A model generated the notes under the pieces. That model saw only the letters and a list, made by a program, of their open reading frames with translations, did not search any database and was not told the origin of the DNA. A stretch of DNA of 60,202 bases, filler included, from Dehalococcoidia bacterium (GTDB lineage: Bacteria > Chloroflexota > Dehalococcoidia > DSTF01 > RBG-16-68-14): NCBI GenBank assembly GCA_040882355.1. It is 4 parts of 4 records of this genome, joined end to end, with 100 filler letters (N's around TTAATTAATTAA, not from the genome) between each part and the next. Parts side by side here need not be neighbours in the genome. Positions count along the whole stretch, not along the records: positions 1 to 16,643 come from JBBEBM010000055.1; positions 16,744 to 32,879 come from JBBEBM010000058.1; 2 more parts are not named here. The stretch is one strand, 5' to 3'. This document shows, in pieces, positions 9,147 through 19,065 of the stretch (the first letter of the stretch is position 1; each line of letters opens with the position of its first letter). A program made the position numbers and the translations under genes.

Positions 9147-10270
9147 GAGTCGCGCGTGAGGATGTCAGCGATGCGGGGGGCGGCGTGGCCGTCACCGAAG
9201 GGGTTGATCTGCCCAGGCGGACGGGCCATCGATTCGTAGGCGGCGGCGTCGCTGAGCAGCAGGCGGGTCTCGCGGACGATGGCGTCGATGTCCGTGCCGA
9301 CGAGGCGCGCGACGCCCGCTTCGACCGCCTCCGGGCGCTCGGTCACGTCTCGCAGCACGAGGACGGGCTTGCCGAAGGCGGGCGCTTCCTCCTGGATGCC
9401 GCCCGAGTCGGTGAGGATCAGGTAGCAGTCGCGCATCAGCGCAACGAAGTCCAGGTAGTCGAGCGGCTCGATGAGCGAGATGCGCTCGTGGGCGCCGAGG
9501 CGCTCGCGCAGCACGTTCGCGACGTTCGGGTTTGGGTGGACGGTGCAGACGACGCGCGAGGCGTCGTCCAGGCCGTCCGCGATGGCGAACAGGGCGTCGC
9601 AGATGCGCGCCAGCGGCTCACCGAAGCTCTCCCGACGGTGCACGGTGACGAGCACGATGCGCTTGCCTGCCGCTGGTTCCGGTAGACTGGGTGTCCGCTC
9701 CGGTGTGTCCGCCAGCCAGTCGCGGACCTGGTAGAGCGCGTCGACGACGGTGTTGCCGGTAACGTGGACCGCCGCTTCCGGGCAGCCTTCGGCGAGCAGG
9801 TTCTGGCGGGCGCGCTCCGTCGGGGCGAAGTAGGCATCGGCGACGAGGTCGGCGATGCGGCGGAAGACCTCCTCCGGGAACGGGCGCTGGCGGTCGTAGG
9901 TGCGCAGCCCGGCCTCGACATGGCCCAGCTTCACGTGTGCCAGGTACGCAGCGAGCGAGGCAGCAGCCGCGGTCGCCGTATCGCCCTGGACGAGCACCCA
10001 GTCGGGCCGCTCGCGCTCGATCACCTCACTGGCGAGGTGCAGCACCGACTCGAAGACAGCCGTCGCCGCCTGGTCTTCGGTCATCACGTCGTACTGGAAA
10101 TCGGGCGTGAGCTGGAAGACGTCGAGCATTGGTTGGAGCAGGTCGCGATGCTGGCCGGTGGCGACCAGCCTGCACTCGACACCGGCTCGCCCGCGGAGCG
10201 CGCGAATGACCGGCGCCATCTTGTTCGCCTCCGGCCGGGTGCCGACGAACGCGAGGAGCTTCAGGGGCAT
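9143..10270 (-). CDS. wecB: UDP-N-acetylglucosamine 2-epimerase (non-hydrolysing)
   Basis: GTRPEANK, QGDT, HVEAGLRT, TDSGGIQEEA, NPFGDG; start MPLKLL at 10270. Confidence 0.95.
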   Translation of the reverse strand: MPLKLLAFVGTRPEANKMAPVIRALRGRAGVECRLVATGQHRDLLQPMLDVFQLTPDFQYDVMTEDQAATAVFESVLHLASEVIERERPDWVLVQGDTATAAAASLAAYLAHVKLGHVEAGLRTYDRQRPFPEEVFRRIADLVADAYFAPTERARQNLLAEGCPEAAVHVTGNTVVDALYQVRDWLADTPERTPSLPEPAAGKRIVLVTVHRRESFGEPLARICDALFAIADGLDDASRVVCTVHPNPNVANVLRERLGAHERISLIEPLDYLDFVALMRDCYLILTDSGGIQEEAPAFGKPVLVLRDVTERPEAVEAGVARLVGTDIDAIVRETRLLLSDAAAYESMARPPGQINPFGDGHAAPRIADILTRDS

Positions 10271-10277
10271 GGGATGG

Positions 10278-11615
10278 CTACGGCGCGCGGGGCGCGCCCA
10301 GGCGGCGGACCTCGAAGCCGGCGGTGCGCCAGGACGCTTCGTCGATGATGCCACGCGTATCGAACACGAGTGGCCGCCGCATGACGGGGCCCAGCGCCGC
10401 CGGATCGAGCGCCTGGAACTCGCGATGGTCCGTCATCAGCAGCAAGCAGTCGGCGCCTTTCGCCGCCGCTTGCGGCGAATCGAAGCTCTCGCCCAGGTCG
10501 GGCGGCGCGGCTGCGTAGGGGTCGTGCAGGTGGAGCGCCCAGCCCCGCAAGCGTAGCGATCTGGCGACAGCCAGGGCGGGGCTGTTGCGCGTGTCGTCGG
10601 TGCCCGCCTTGTACGCGAGGCCGAGCACCGCGACGACCGGCGCGCTCACGTTCGAAAGCAGCGTACTCAGCTCTTCACAGACGCGCTCGGGCATGGCGTC
10701 GTTCACAGCGCGGGCGGCGCGGATCAGCGGCGCTGGCTGCGAGGACGCGGTCGCCGCCGCCAGGAACCACGGATCGACGGGGATGCAGTGGCCGCCCACG
10801 CCGGGACCCGGGCGGAGCACGTTGACGCGGGGGTGCTGATTGGCGATCGCGATCGCGCGCCAGATGTCGACGCCCAGCACTTCGGCGAGCGAGGCGAACT
10901 CGTTCGCGAGCGCGATGTTCACGTCGCGATAGGTGTTCTCCATCAGCTTCACCATCTCGGCGGTGCGCGCGTCAGTGAGGATGATCTCGCCCTCGACGAA
11001 GCGAGCGTAAAGCTCGCGCGCGGACTCGGCGGATGCGCGGTCGATGCCGCCGATGACGCGGGCGTTCTGGACGAGCTCCGCGAGCACGTTGCCGGGCAGC
11101 ACCCGCTCCGGCACGTGGGCGATCCGCAGGTCGCGGCCGGCCTTCAGTCCGGAGCGCTCCAGCTCGGGCACCAGCACATCGTTGGTGGCGCCGGGCGGTA
11201 CCGTCGACTCCAGGACCACGAGGTTGCCCCTTCGGAGCGCAGGGGCGACGGCCTGCGCTGCCGCGCGCACGTGGCTCAGGTCGGCGGAGCGGGCGCCGTC
11301 GTTCTGGATCGGCGTAGGAACGGCGATGACGAAGACGTCTGAGGGGACGGGAGTGCCGGCGACCGCGAAGGCGCCGGCATCGAGCGCCTGCGAAAGGAGG
11401 TTCTCGACCCCGTCCTCGCTGGTCTCGACACCGCCGGAAGCGAGCCGGCTGCGGACCGCCGGGTCGATGTCGACGCCGGTGACGCTGAAGCCGCGACTGG
11501 CGAGCATGACGGCCATGGGCAGGCCAACGTAGCCCAGGCCAACGACGCAGACGGTCTGGACGGGCGCTGTCGGCGCTTCGCGGGACGCGGGGATGTTCCG
11601 GCTTTCAGGAGGCAG
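10278..11615 (-). CDS. wecC: Nucleotide-sugar dehydrogenase (UDP-ManNAc/GlcNAc dehydrogenase)
   Basis: GLGYVG, ESTVPPG, PERVLPG, GGHCIPVDP; probable CTG start after GGAGG RBS. Confidence 0.88.
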   Translation of the reverse strand: MPPESRNIPASREAPTAPVQTVCVVGLGYVGLPMAVMLASRGFSVTGVDIDPAVRSRLASGGVETSEDGVENLLSQALDAGAFAVAGTPVPSDVFVIAVPTPIQNDGARSADLSHVRAAAQAVAPALRRGNLVVLESTVPPGATNDVLVPELERSGLKAGRDLRIAHVPERVLPGNVLAELVQNARVIGGIDRASAESARELYARFVEGEIILTDARTAEMVKLMENTYRDVNIALANEFASLAEVLGVDIWRAIAIANQHPRVNVLRPGPGVGGHCIPVDPWFLAAATASSQPAPLIRAARAVNDAMPERVCEELSTLLSNVSAPVVAVLGLAYKAGTDDTRNSPALAVARSLRLRGWALHLHDPYAAAPPDLGESFDSPQAAAKGADCLLLMTDHREFQALDPAALGPVMRRPLVFDTRGIIDEASWRTAGFEVRRLGAPRAP

Positions 11616-11694
11616 CTCTTCGCCCTCCGTGCGCGAGTGAGTATCGCACCCATCGTACCCGTGGGCCGGAACGCCCGCAACCAGCGAACGCCCG

Positions 11695-11907
11695 CTAGCG
11701 CATGCGCGGGGCGTGGAGGGCGCCGTTGCTGATCGGCTCGTCGATGTAGAGGTCGCCGTTGCGGATCTTGATGTTGAAGCCGCACTCGGGATTCGTGCAC
11801 GCCCACGCCTTGTAGTGGATGGCCGCGCCCTGGCTGCCGAAGTCGGACAGGGGCACCAGGTCCCCGTTCCTGCACTTCTGGCACCTGGGTAGATTGCCGA
11901 GCTCCAT
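11695..11907 (-). CDS. Small zinc-ribbon-like hypothetical protein (70 aa)
   Basis: GGAGGT RBS then MELGNLPRCQKC...KAWACTNPECGF; CxxC...CxxxxC. Confidence 0.8.
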   Translation of the reverse strand: MELGNLPRCQKCRNGDLVPLSDFGSQGAAIHYKAWACTNPECGFNIKIRNGDLYIDEPISNGALHAPRMR

Positions 11908-12076
11908 GGTCCACCTCCCCACGAAAAGACACGCCGGGCTCGTACGATGATGCGCAGCGGTCTCTGTCCGCGGGCAGCAAGAACCGATGCGCTGGCGGGG
12001 CAAGCCAGAGTATAACAGCAAAACGAGGGCGGATGACAGCAGGGCGCTGAAAAAACCCAAAAACCAACGTCATTCG

Positions 12077-12165
12077 TCCCCACCACCCGCCCAGCGATGT
12101 TTGGGTGAATCTGGGGGGACACCCGCCAGGCCCCCTGGCAGGGGACGCTGCCCCCTGCACCCCGT
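12077..12165 (+). repeat. Dispersed GC-rich palindromic element (same family as 8948-9030)
   Basis: CCCCACCACCCGCCCAG...CTGGGGGGACACCCGCCAGGCCCCCTGGCAGGGG...CCCCCTGCACCCC. Confidence 0.8.
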
Positions 12166-12407
12166 TTTTCAGCACCCGGATAGATAGTGCGGCGCCTTAA
12201 CACAAAGTTCACACTTCGTTATCGTCAAGTTAGCGCGCCTGGGAGACGATGGAAGGCGAGGGCGGACCGCTCGCCAGCGCTGGAAAGCGTTCGATATGCT
12301 GAGCTTGGAGGCAGGGATTGCGGGTGGTCCGCCCTTTACCCGTCGAACGGGGCACCCGCCGGCCGCGTTATAGTTAGCGTAGACGCCCATTTTGGAGGGA
12401 GCGGCCC

Positions 12408-13103
12408 ATGGCCGGCACGATCCTGGTCGTTGACGATGAGAAGAACATCGTCCAGCTTGCCCGGCTCTACCTGAACAAGGAGGGCTACCGGGTTGAGGTG
12501 GCGTACGATGGCGCCCAGGCGCTGGACAAGGCCAAGAGCGTGCGCCCGGACCTGATCGTGCTGGACATCATGATGCCGGAGATGGACGGGCTGTCCGTGG
12601 CCAGGGAGCTGCGGAAGACCAGCAACGTCCCGATCATCATCCTCACCGCCCGCGGCGACGACATCGACCGCATCGTTGGGCTGGAGCTGGGCGCTGACGA
12701 TTACGTCACCAAGCCGTTCAACCCGCGTGAGCTCGTCGCGCGCGTGAAGGCGGTGCTGCGTCGCGCCGGCGACGAGACGCCACGCCAGGCCGTGCTGGAG
12801 GCCGACAGCCTGCGCCTGGACCCGGCGAGCCGCGAGGTAACCATCGAGGGGCAGCAGGTGACCCTGCGCGCGAAGGAGTTCGACCTGCTCGCCGCGTTCA
12901 TGCGTCACGCCGGGATCGTGCTCGACCGCGAGCGACTGCTGCAGCTCGTCTGGGGCAGCGACTACTTCGGCGACACGCGCACCATCGACGTCCACGTCGC
13001 GTGGCTGCGCGAGAAGCTGGCCAAGGCGAAACACGTGAAGATCCAGACGGTGTGGGGAGTCGGGTACAAGCTGGTGGTGGATGCGCATGCTGCGGAGTCT
13101 TAG
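12408..13103 (+). CDS. OmpR/PhoB family response regulator
   Basis: VVDDE, LDIMMP, GADDYVTKPF, C-terminal wHTH TVWGVGY. Confidence 0.96.
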   Translation: MAGTILVVDDEKNIVQLARLYLNKEGYRVEVAYDGAQALDKAKSVRPDLIVLDIMMPEMDGLSVARELRKTSNVPIIILTARGDDIDRIVGLELGADDYVTKPFNPRELVARVKAVLRRAGDETPRQAVLEADSLRLDPASREVTIEGQQVTLRAKEFDLLAAFMRHAGIVLDRERLLQLVWGSDYFGDTRTIDVHVAWLREKLAKAKHVKIQTVWGVGYKLVVDAHAAES

Positions 13104-14658
13104 CGCACAGCTCATTCTCGCATTCGCCTTCATCGTCGTCCTGGCGTTGGCGATATCAGGCGCGGGCACGCTCTGGCTCCTGCGCGACCAGGAACGCGAA
13201 GCCGCTGAGGAGCGCGTCGGGCGGCTGGCCGAGCCGGTGACGCTCGCGCTGGCCCTCCTGGGAGACGCCGGGATCGACCAGGCGGAGAAGAACAAGGCGG
13301 TGGCGGAGTACGCAGACAGCTTCGACGTGCGCATCCTCCTCGTCGACGAGTTCGGGCGGGTTGTCGCCGACACCGAGTCGAAGCTCGTCGGCACCACGAT
13401 CGATGCGGTAGCAGACGATGAGCTTCAGCTCACGAGCCGGGGAAGCGCCAGCTTTCGCATGACCGGTTACTCCACGGACGAGGAGGACCTGTTCCTCTTC
13501 GCCGCGCCCGACGACAGTGTTGCGGTCTCAGACCGGCTGGCGCTGGTCCAGTTGTTCATCTACCAGCTTCCTCCTTCGCTGTCCCGGGCCCAACTCCAGG
13601 CGCAGGTGGACACGCTCATCACGTCGCCGGACGCGATCCGCTTCCTGCCGAAGCCGGAGCTGCGGCCGCTGGTCGCCGTGCCTGAGCAGGAGATCACATC
13701 CGCCTGGCGCGACGTGATCCCACAGCTTGTCATCGCCGGCGCGGCTGCGCTGCTCGCGTCGGTGGCAGCCGCGCTGCTCGTGTCGCGTTCGATCTCGCGT
13801 CCGCTCGCGCGCATGACCCGCGCGGCGCAGGAGATGGCGCGCGGCAACTACGACCAGAAGCTGGATCTGCGACGCGAGGACGAGGTGGGGCGCCTGTCGC
13901 AGGCCTTCGACGTGATGGCGGGCGAAGTGAGCCACTCGCACCAGATGATGCGTGACTTCCTCGCCAACGTCTCGCACGAGCTGAAGACGCCGCTCACGTC
14001 CATTCAGGGCTTCTCGCAGGCGATGGAGGACGGGGCGATCAGCTCCGAGGAGGAGTATCGCGACGCGGCGCACATCATCAACGAGGAGAGCCAGCGCATG
14101 CGCGGGCTGGTGGATGACCTGATCGACCTTTCGCGGTTGGAGTCCGGCCAGGCGGTGATCGAGCGGGCCGCTGTCGATCCGGGCGAAGTGCTTCGCTCGT
14201 CGGCCAGGCGCTTCCAGCGGCAGGCGAAGGAGAAGGGCGTTGACCTCGGCGTCGATCTGGCGGACCTGCCCCGAATCGAAGGCGATGGCCGGCGCCTGGA
14301 GCAGGTCTTCAGCAACCTGATCGACAACGCGATCCGGCACACGCCCGAAGGCGGCGCGGTGAGCGTGCGCGCGGAGGCGCCCGACGGCGTGGTACGTGTG
14401 ACCGTGCACAATTCGGGCTCGTACATTCCGCCTGAGGACACGCAGCGCGTCTTCGAGCGCTTCTTCCAGCTCGACCGGAACCGGAGCAGCGGCAACGGCG
14501 GTTCCGGCCTGGGCCTCGCGATCGCCCGCGAGCTCGTGCAGGCGCATCGAGGCAGCATCGTCGCGCACAGCGACCGTGAGGCGGGCACGGAGTTCATCGT
14601 TGCGCTGCCGGTGACGCCGCAGCGCAGGAACGGCGGAACGCAGCGGGAGCCGGCGTGA
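13081..14658 (+). CDS. HAMP-domain sensor histidine kinase
   Basis: Two TMs, HAMP, SHELKTPL H-box, NLIDNA, GSGLGLAI. Confidence 0.95.
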   Translation: MRMLRSLSAQLILAFAFIVVLALAISGAGTLWLLRDQEREAAEERVGRLAEPVTLALALLGDAGIDQAEKNKAVAEYADSFDVRILLVDEFGRVVADTESKLVGTTIDAVADDELQLTSRGSASFRMTGYSTDEEDLFLFAAPDDSVAVSDRLALVQLFIYQLPPSLSRAQLQAQVDTLITSPDAIRFLPKPELRPLVAVPEQEITSAWRDVIPQLVIAGAAALLASVAAALLVSRSISRPLARMTRAAQEMARGNYDQKLDLRREDEVGRLSQAFDVMAGEVSHSHQMMRDFLANVSHELKTPLTSIQGFSQAMEDGAISSEEEYRDAAHIINEESQRMRGLVDDLIDLSRLESGQAVIERAAVDPGEVLRSSARRFQRQAKEKGVDLGVDLADLPRIEGDGRRLEQVFSNLIDNAIRHTPEGGAVSVRAEAPDGVVRVTVHNSGSYIPPEDTQRVFERFFQLDRNRSSGNGGSGLGLAIARELVQAHRGSIVAHSDREAGTEFIVALPVTPQRRNGGTQREPA

Positions 14659-14804
14659 TGCGCTACAGTGAGGTTCGACATTCAGACGGCGACCCGCCTC
14701 GGCGGGCCGCGCCGCGCAGGGACGCGCTCACCATCAGGCTCGCGTTCCCCGCCCGCGAGAGGGAGTCGTTGTTATGACTCGCACTCGGGGTTGGGGAGCG
14801 CCGC

Positions 14805-16415
14805 ATGGGCTGGCGTAGGCTCCTTTTCCTTTCCGCCGCCTGCGCGCTTACGCTCGCCGCGTTCGCGTCGAACGCCGGTGCGCAGGAACCGGCAGCGCCC
14901 AAGCTCATCTTCCCGCTTTCAGCCGGACAGACGTGGCGCATTACGTGCGGCTACGCGCTGCCTGAAGGCGTCGAACATGACGCCTGCGGCCACTCAGACG
15001 GCCAGTGGAACCGCTACGCGCTCGACCTCCAGCGCGTAGGCGGGCGCGAGGCGACGGAGGGCCAACCGGTGCTGGCGGCGGCGGACGGCCGCGTCATGGA
15101 GGCGGACGATGACGATGGTCTCGGCTGGCACGTCTTCATCGATCACGGCGACGGGTATACGACGGTCTACGGCCACATGCGGGACCGACCCGTTGTGGAC
15201 GAGGGCACGAAGGTGCGTCAGGGTCAGGTGCTAGGCTTCGCCGGGTGCACCGGGCGCTGCACGGGCGATCACATCCACTTCGCGCTCTGGAAGGACGGAG
15301 CGAGCGTGCCGCCGGAGCCGCTCTGCGGTCGATCCGGCTTCGAGACGGGGCAGCTCGTCGAGAGCTGCGCCGAGCCCCGCGATCCACTAGGCGGCGACTT
15401 CGATGGCGACGGACTGCCGGACGCGGCGTTCCTCGCCCGTGACGCGACTGAGGCGCGGCTCGATCTGTTCCGAGGCGATGGCGGATCGCTCGCGGCGCCG
15501 GAGAGCTGGTGGCGATCGGATGGGGCGTCGCCCAGTGAGGTCCAGCTCACGCTCTCAGGCGACTTCACGGGCGACAAACGGAGCGACGCCGCTGCGCTTG
15601 TGGGCGGGCCGGACTGCACGCTTGCGCTGCTGGTCTTCGTTGCGGGGGACGGCAAGTTCGAGGCGCCGGACACGCGTGGCTGGTGGTCGACCCATGCCGG
15701 CTGCTCCGACCCGGTCCGCGACGCCGCGGCAGGCGACTTCGACGGCGACGGTCGGGCGGATGTCGCGCTGCTGTACCAGCATCTCGATGGCGAGACGAGC
15801 ATCGAGATCCTGCGTTCGGAAGGGAAGCGTTTCGAGGCCGAGCCAGCGCCTCGCTGGCAGAGCGAGACACTGACGCTGATGCGAGCGTCCCGCCTGCTTG
15901 CCGGTGACTTCGACGGCGACGGTCTGGATGACCTGTCGATCCTGTTCGGTCCGTTCGACTGCCGGCCGCAGGTCAGGGTCTTGCTCGCGGAAGGCGACGC
16001 GCCCCTGGCAGGCGCGCAGGACTGGTGGCGGGCGCCGGTCTGCGGCCCGGCCTCAATCGTGAACGCCGCCGTCGCGGACTTCGACGCTGACGGGCGCGAC
16101 GACGTGGCGCTGCTCGAGCAGGACGGACCGACCACGCGCCGCATTGAGGTGCTGCGCTCCGACGGGCAGCGCTTCGTGGCTGGCGAGACGCCCTGGTGGC
16201 AGGAGGAGGCTGCCTACCCGGGCACCCGCCTGCGCGGACTGGCGCCCGGCGACTTCACGGGCGACGGCCGCGCCGACCTGGCGCTCTTGCTGGGCGAGGC
16301 GCCGTGCAAGACGAAGCTTGTGCTGTTGGGCTCGCTGGGCGTGGCGTTCCTGCCAGGAGAACGCTGGTCGTCTGAAGATGGCTGTGGGGATGGCGTGGCG
16401 ATCGTGGTGCAGTAA
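14805..16415 (+). CDS. Secreted M23 peptidase-like domain + FG-GAP/VCBS repeat protein
   Basis: Signal peptide; H...ALD, TVYGH, HIHF; six GDFxGDG-type repeats. Confidence 0.85.
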   Translation: MGWRRLLFLSAACALTLAAFASNAGAQEPAAPKLIFPLSAGQTWRITCGYALPEGVEHDACGHSDGQWNRYALDLQRVGGREATEGQPVLAAADGRVMEADDDDGLGWHVFIDHGDGYTTVYGHMRDRPVVDEGTKVRQGQVLGFAGCTGRCTGDHIHFALWKDGASVPPEPLCGRSGFETGQLVESCAEPRDPLGGDFDGDGLPDAAFLARDATEARLDLFRGDGGSLAAPESWWRSDGASPSEVQLTLSGDFTGDKRSDAAALVGGPDCTLALLVFVAGDGKFEAPDTRGWWSTHAGCSDPVRDAAAGDFDGDGRADVALLYQHLDGETSIEILRSEGKRFEAEPAPRWQSETLTLMRASRLLAGDFDGDGLDDLSILFGPFDCRPQVRVLLAEGDAPLAGAQDWWRAPVCGPASIVNAAVADFDADGRDDVALLEQDGPTTRRIEVLRSDGQRFVAGETPWWQEEAAYPGTRLRGLAPGDFTGDGRADLALLLGEAPCKTKLVLLGSLGVAFLPGERWSSEDGCGDGVAIVVQ

Positions 16416-16433
16416 CGAGTTCGGCGGCTCGCT

Positions 16434-16643
16434 CTAGGTGAGCCGGGGCGGGGCACCGGCGCGTTCCAGCTCGAAGAAGATGTAGTCGAGCTGGCGGGGC
16501 GGGTGGCCGAGCGTTGTGAGCAGCGTGGCGGTCTCGGCGCGGTGGTGGGTGCTGTGGTTGGCGACGTGGAGCAGCGCCTGCCAGAGGACGCGCTGCTGCG
16601 CGTTGCTCTGGGCAACGGCCGCCAGCTTGCCCGCGCCCAGTTT
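16434..16643 (-). CDS. DinB family protein, C-terminal fragment (contig end)
   Basis: Translates ...LWQALLHVANHSTHHRAETATLLTTLGHPPRQLDY... Confidence 0.75.
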   Translation of the reverse strand, partial: KLGAGKLAAVAQSNAQQRVLWQALLHVANHSTHHRAETATLLTTLGHPPRQLDYIFFELERAGAPPRLT

Positions 16644-16743
16644 NNNNNNNNNNNNNNNNNNNNNNNNNNNNNNNNNNNNNNNNNNNNTTAATTAATTAAN
16701 NNNNNNNNNNNNNNNNNNNNNNNNNNNNNNNNNNNNNNNNNNN
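16644..16743. other. Artificial contig linker
   Basis: N run containing TTAATTAATTAA (stops in all frames). Confidence 0.98.
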
Positions 16744-16863
16744 CGCGTCGCGCGCACCGCCGCTGCCCAGGGCGAGCGCCGCCGTGAGGCCGACGCCGGC
16801 CAGCGTGAGGACGATCAGCGCCCAAACGAGGAGTCGCCGTGGCAATACCGTGCTGCCGGGCAT
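16744..16863 (-). CDS. N-terminal fragment of a secreted/membrane protein
   Basis: AGGAGG RBS, MPGSTVLPRRLLVWALIVLTLAGVGLTAALALG... Confidence 0.6.
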
Positions 16864-16961
16864 GCTTCGCCTCCTGTAGGCGTAGCGGTGGGGCGGGGGC
16901 TGGGCTACAGGGCGCTCAGGGCCACCAGTCGCTCACGGTATAGGGCACCGGCGCGAGGATG

Positions 16962-17474
16962 TCAAGGGGTCGGCGTGCCTTGTGGCTCGGGAGTTGGAGT
17001 GCTAGTCGGTATCGCGACGGTGATGATGCGACCGATGTCGTTGTCCTCCTCCGCCGTCGTAAAGCAGTCGACCTCGTAACGGCCCGCCTGCTCCGGCGCC
17101 CTGAAGTCCTGTTTGAGGTCGCCCAAAAGAGGCTCCGACTCTCCAACGGGCCCCCCATTCTCGTTGACGTTGAGCGGCAGCTCGAAAATGCGGGCCACCA
17201 GCCGGTCGTCGCGCTTCCCTACGCCATCGCGGAGCAGGTCGCAGGCCACCGTCATCAGCACAGGGTATGGCTGCTGGTACTCCAACGTGAGCGAAAGGGT
17301 GCCGCTGGGCCTGAAGTCGCCTGTGATCGAGAGGCCCCTGAAGATCTCGCTCTCCTCGGACTCCGGCGAGAAGTCGACGCCGCAGCCTGCGGCGACCAGC
17401 ACGGTCGCGAGAAGGGCGCCCAGGAGGAGCGGCCGCCCAAAGCGATGTCGCGAGGGTGCTTGGGGTCGGGTCAT
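16962..17474 (-). CDS. Hypothetical lipoprotein
   Basis: Signal with lipobox AAGC; Pro/Thr tail. Confidence 0.7.
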   Translation of the reverse strand: MTRPQAPSRHRFGRPLLLGALLATVLVAAGCGVDFSPESEESEIFRGLSITGDFRPSGTLSLTLEYQQPYPVLMTVACDLLRDGVGKRDDRLVARIFELPLNVNENGGPVGESEPLLGDLKQDFRAPEQAGRYEVDCFTTAEEDNDIGRIITVAIPTSTPTPEPQGTPTP

Positions 17475-17611
17475 GAGCGACGTTTCAGCCTAGCCGAGGC
17501 CCGGCGCGTGAACAAGCCGACGCCTCCGCCGGCGCGAAGACGGCGGCAAGGTGCGCATGTGCGCCGTCGCTTGACGGCGGTTCAGGCTGGCCGTAGGCTC
17601 AGCTTAGTACC

Positions 17612-18121
17612 ATGCTCCGACGCGTCCTGCCTGTGTTCCTCCTTGCGCTCTCGGCTGCGGCCGCCGTCGGGTTGGCGGCGTGCGACAACGCTTCGTCGGA
17701 CGCGTCGCCGACGGTCGATGACGGCGGCACTACGGTGCGGGTCGGCGACGGGCTGGCAATCAGGGCGGAGCTGGCGCTGACGCCCGCGCAACGGACGTTA
17801 GGCCTGGGCCAGCGCGACTCGCTGGCCAGCGGCGCCGGCATGCTCTTCGTCTTTCAGGAGCCCGACGAGCACACGTTTTGCATGTGCGGCATGCGCTTCC
17901 CGCTCGATTTCGTCTGGATAGGGCCGGACATGCGGGTGGTGGACCTCTCACGCGACGTCCCGCCGCCGGACGAGGCGAACGGCGAGCCTGCGAGCTTTCG
18001 TCCGAGCGAGCCGGTGCTCTACGTGCTCGAGATCAACGCGGGCCTGGTGGACGGCGCCGGCGTGCAGGTGGGTGACGCGGTAACCTTCGAGCCGGAGGTA
18101 TCGCCGGGACAGGCGTCGTAG
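17612..18121 (+). CDS. DUF192 family lipoprotein
   Basis: LAAC lipobox; GMLFVF, MRFPLDFVWI, YVLEINAG. Confidence 0.88.
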   Translation: MLRRVLPVFLLALSAAAAVGLAACDNASSDASPTVDDGGTTVRVGDGLAIRAELALTPAQRTLGLGQRDSLASGAGMLFVFQEPDEHTFCMCGMRFPLDFVWIGPDMRVVDLSRDVPPPDEANGEPASFRPSEPVLYVLEINAGLVDGAGVQVGDAVTFEPEVSPGQAS

Positions 18122-18125
18122 CATA

Positions 18126-18917
18126 GTGAACATAACGAACGATCTCAGCCAGCGAGCGAAGCGCCTGCTCCGGTCCGCCGTTCCGTGGCTGCTCGTCGTC
18201 GCGCTCGCACTCTTCGCATCGTGCGGCGACGATGGCGGCGAGGCCGATGGCAGTGTCGCGCCAACCGCGTCGCCGGGTGGGCCGCCACTGGAGGGCAGTC
18301 TGTTCGCCAACGCGAGCTTCGAGGAGGGGGAGGCGCCCTGGGTCTCGCTGGAGTCGTGGGGCACGCAGTTCGCCGTCAGCGACGACGTCGCGCACTCAGG
18401 CGGGCATAGCGCGTTCCTCGAGCTGCGTAGCGAGGGCGCCGAAGACCAGCCGGCGCGCGTGTTCGGCGTCGTACAGGAAGTGACGCCCGACGAGTTTCCG
18501 GACGTGGTCTCCGGCTACTACTACGTCGACCGCTGGGAGCCGGGCACGCCGAAGCAGTACATGCAGTTCGTCGTGATCGTGTTCGGCGCCGACAACATTC
18601 CGGCGGAGGCGGCGCCGGCGACGAATCACCAGATCCGCTACATTCTGGCCGGCGTCGACTCGCCGCCGATCGCGATCACCAACGCTCGTTTCGTCATGGT
18701 CGGCACCGGCGCACCGAAGCAGGGCGAGTGGGTGCGCTTCGAGCGCAACATCCGAGAGGACTTCGAACAGCTCTGGGGCTCGGTGCCGGAGGGGCACGAC
18801 TTCATCCGCATCCTTTTCGAGGCGCGCTGGGACGAGCGCGCTCCGGACGCGCCGGCGTCCGCGGCGGACGTGTACTACGACGATCTGTACGCGGGGCCCG
18901 CGCCCGTGACGCCGTAG
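18126..18917 (+). CDS. Hypothetical lipoprotein with CBM/galactose-binding-like fold
   Basis: FASC lipobox; NASFEE...W, AHSG, YYDDL typical of CBM4/9-like domains. Confidence 0.7.
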   Translation: MNITNDLSQRAKRLLRSAVPWLLVVALALFASCGDDGGEADGSVAPTASPGGPPLEGSLFANASFEEGEAPWVSLESWGTQFAVSDDVAHSGGHSAFLELRSEGAEDQPARVFGVVQEVTPDEFPDVVSGYYYVDRWEPGTPKQYMQFVVIVFGADNIPAEAAPATNHQIRYILAGVDSPPIAITNARFVMVGTGAPKQGEWVRFERNIREDFEQLWGSVPEGHDFIRILFEARWDERAPDAPASAADVYYDDLYAGPAPVTP

Positions 18918-19065
18918 CCGAGCCCCTTCCAACAGGCTGAAGCCTGTCCCGCAGAAGGCAGAGGTCGACCGCCGGCTGGAGTCGGCGGCATGCAGGCGAG
19001 GCTTCCAGCCTCGCCTATGGTGAGTGCGGGGCGGAACGGCGAGAACCCGTCGCGCAGGCGAGGCG

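Noticed and set aside
10278..12212. 644-aa wecC ORF and other long N-terminal extensions (22240-23271, 44630-46417, 40910-42103)
   Set aside because: High-GC open-frame run-through overlapping real upstream genes; starts reassigned by RBS and motifs
16644..16743. TTAATTAATTAA inside N runs (also 32880-32979 and 46571-46670)
   Set aside because: Artificial six-frame-stop contig linker; not biological, and ORFs ending there are truncated
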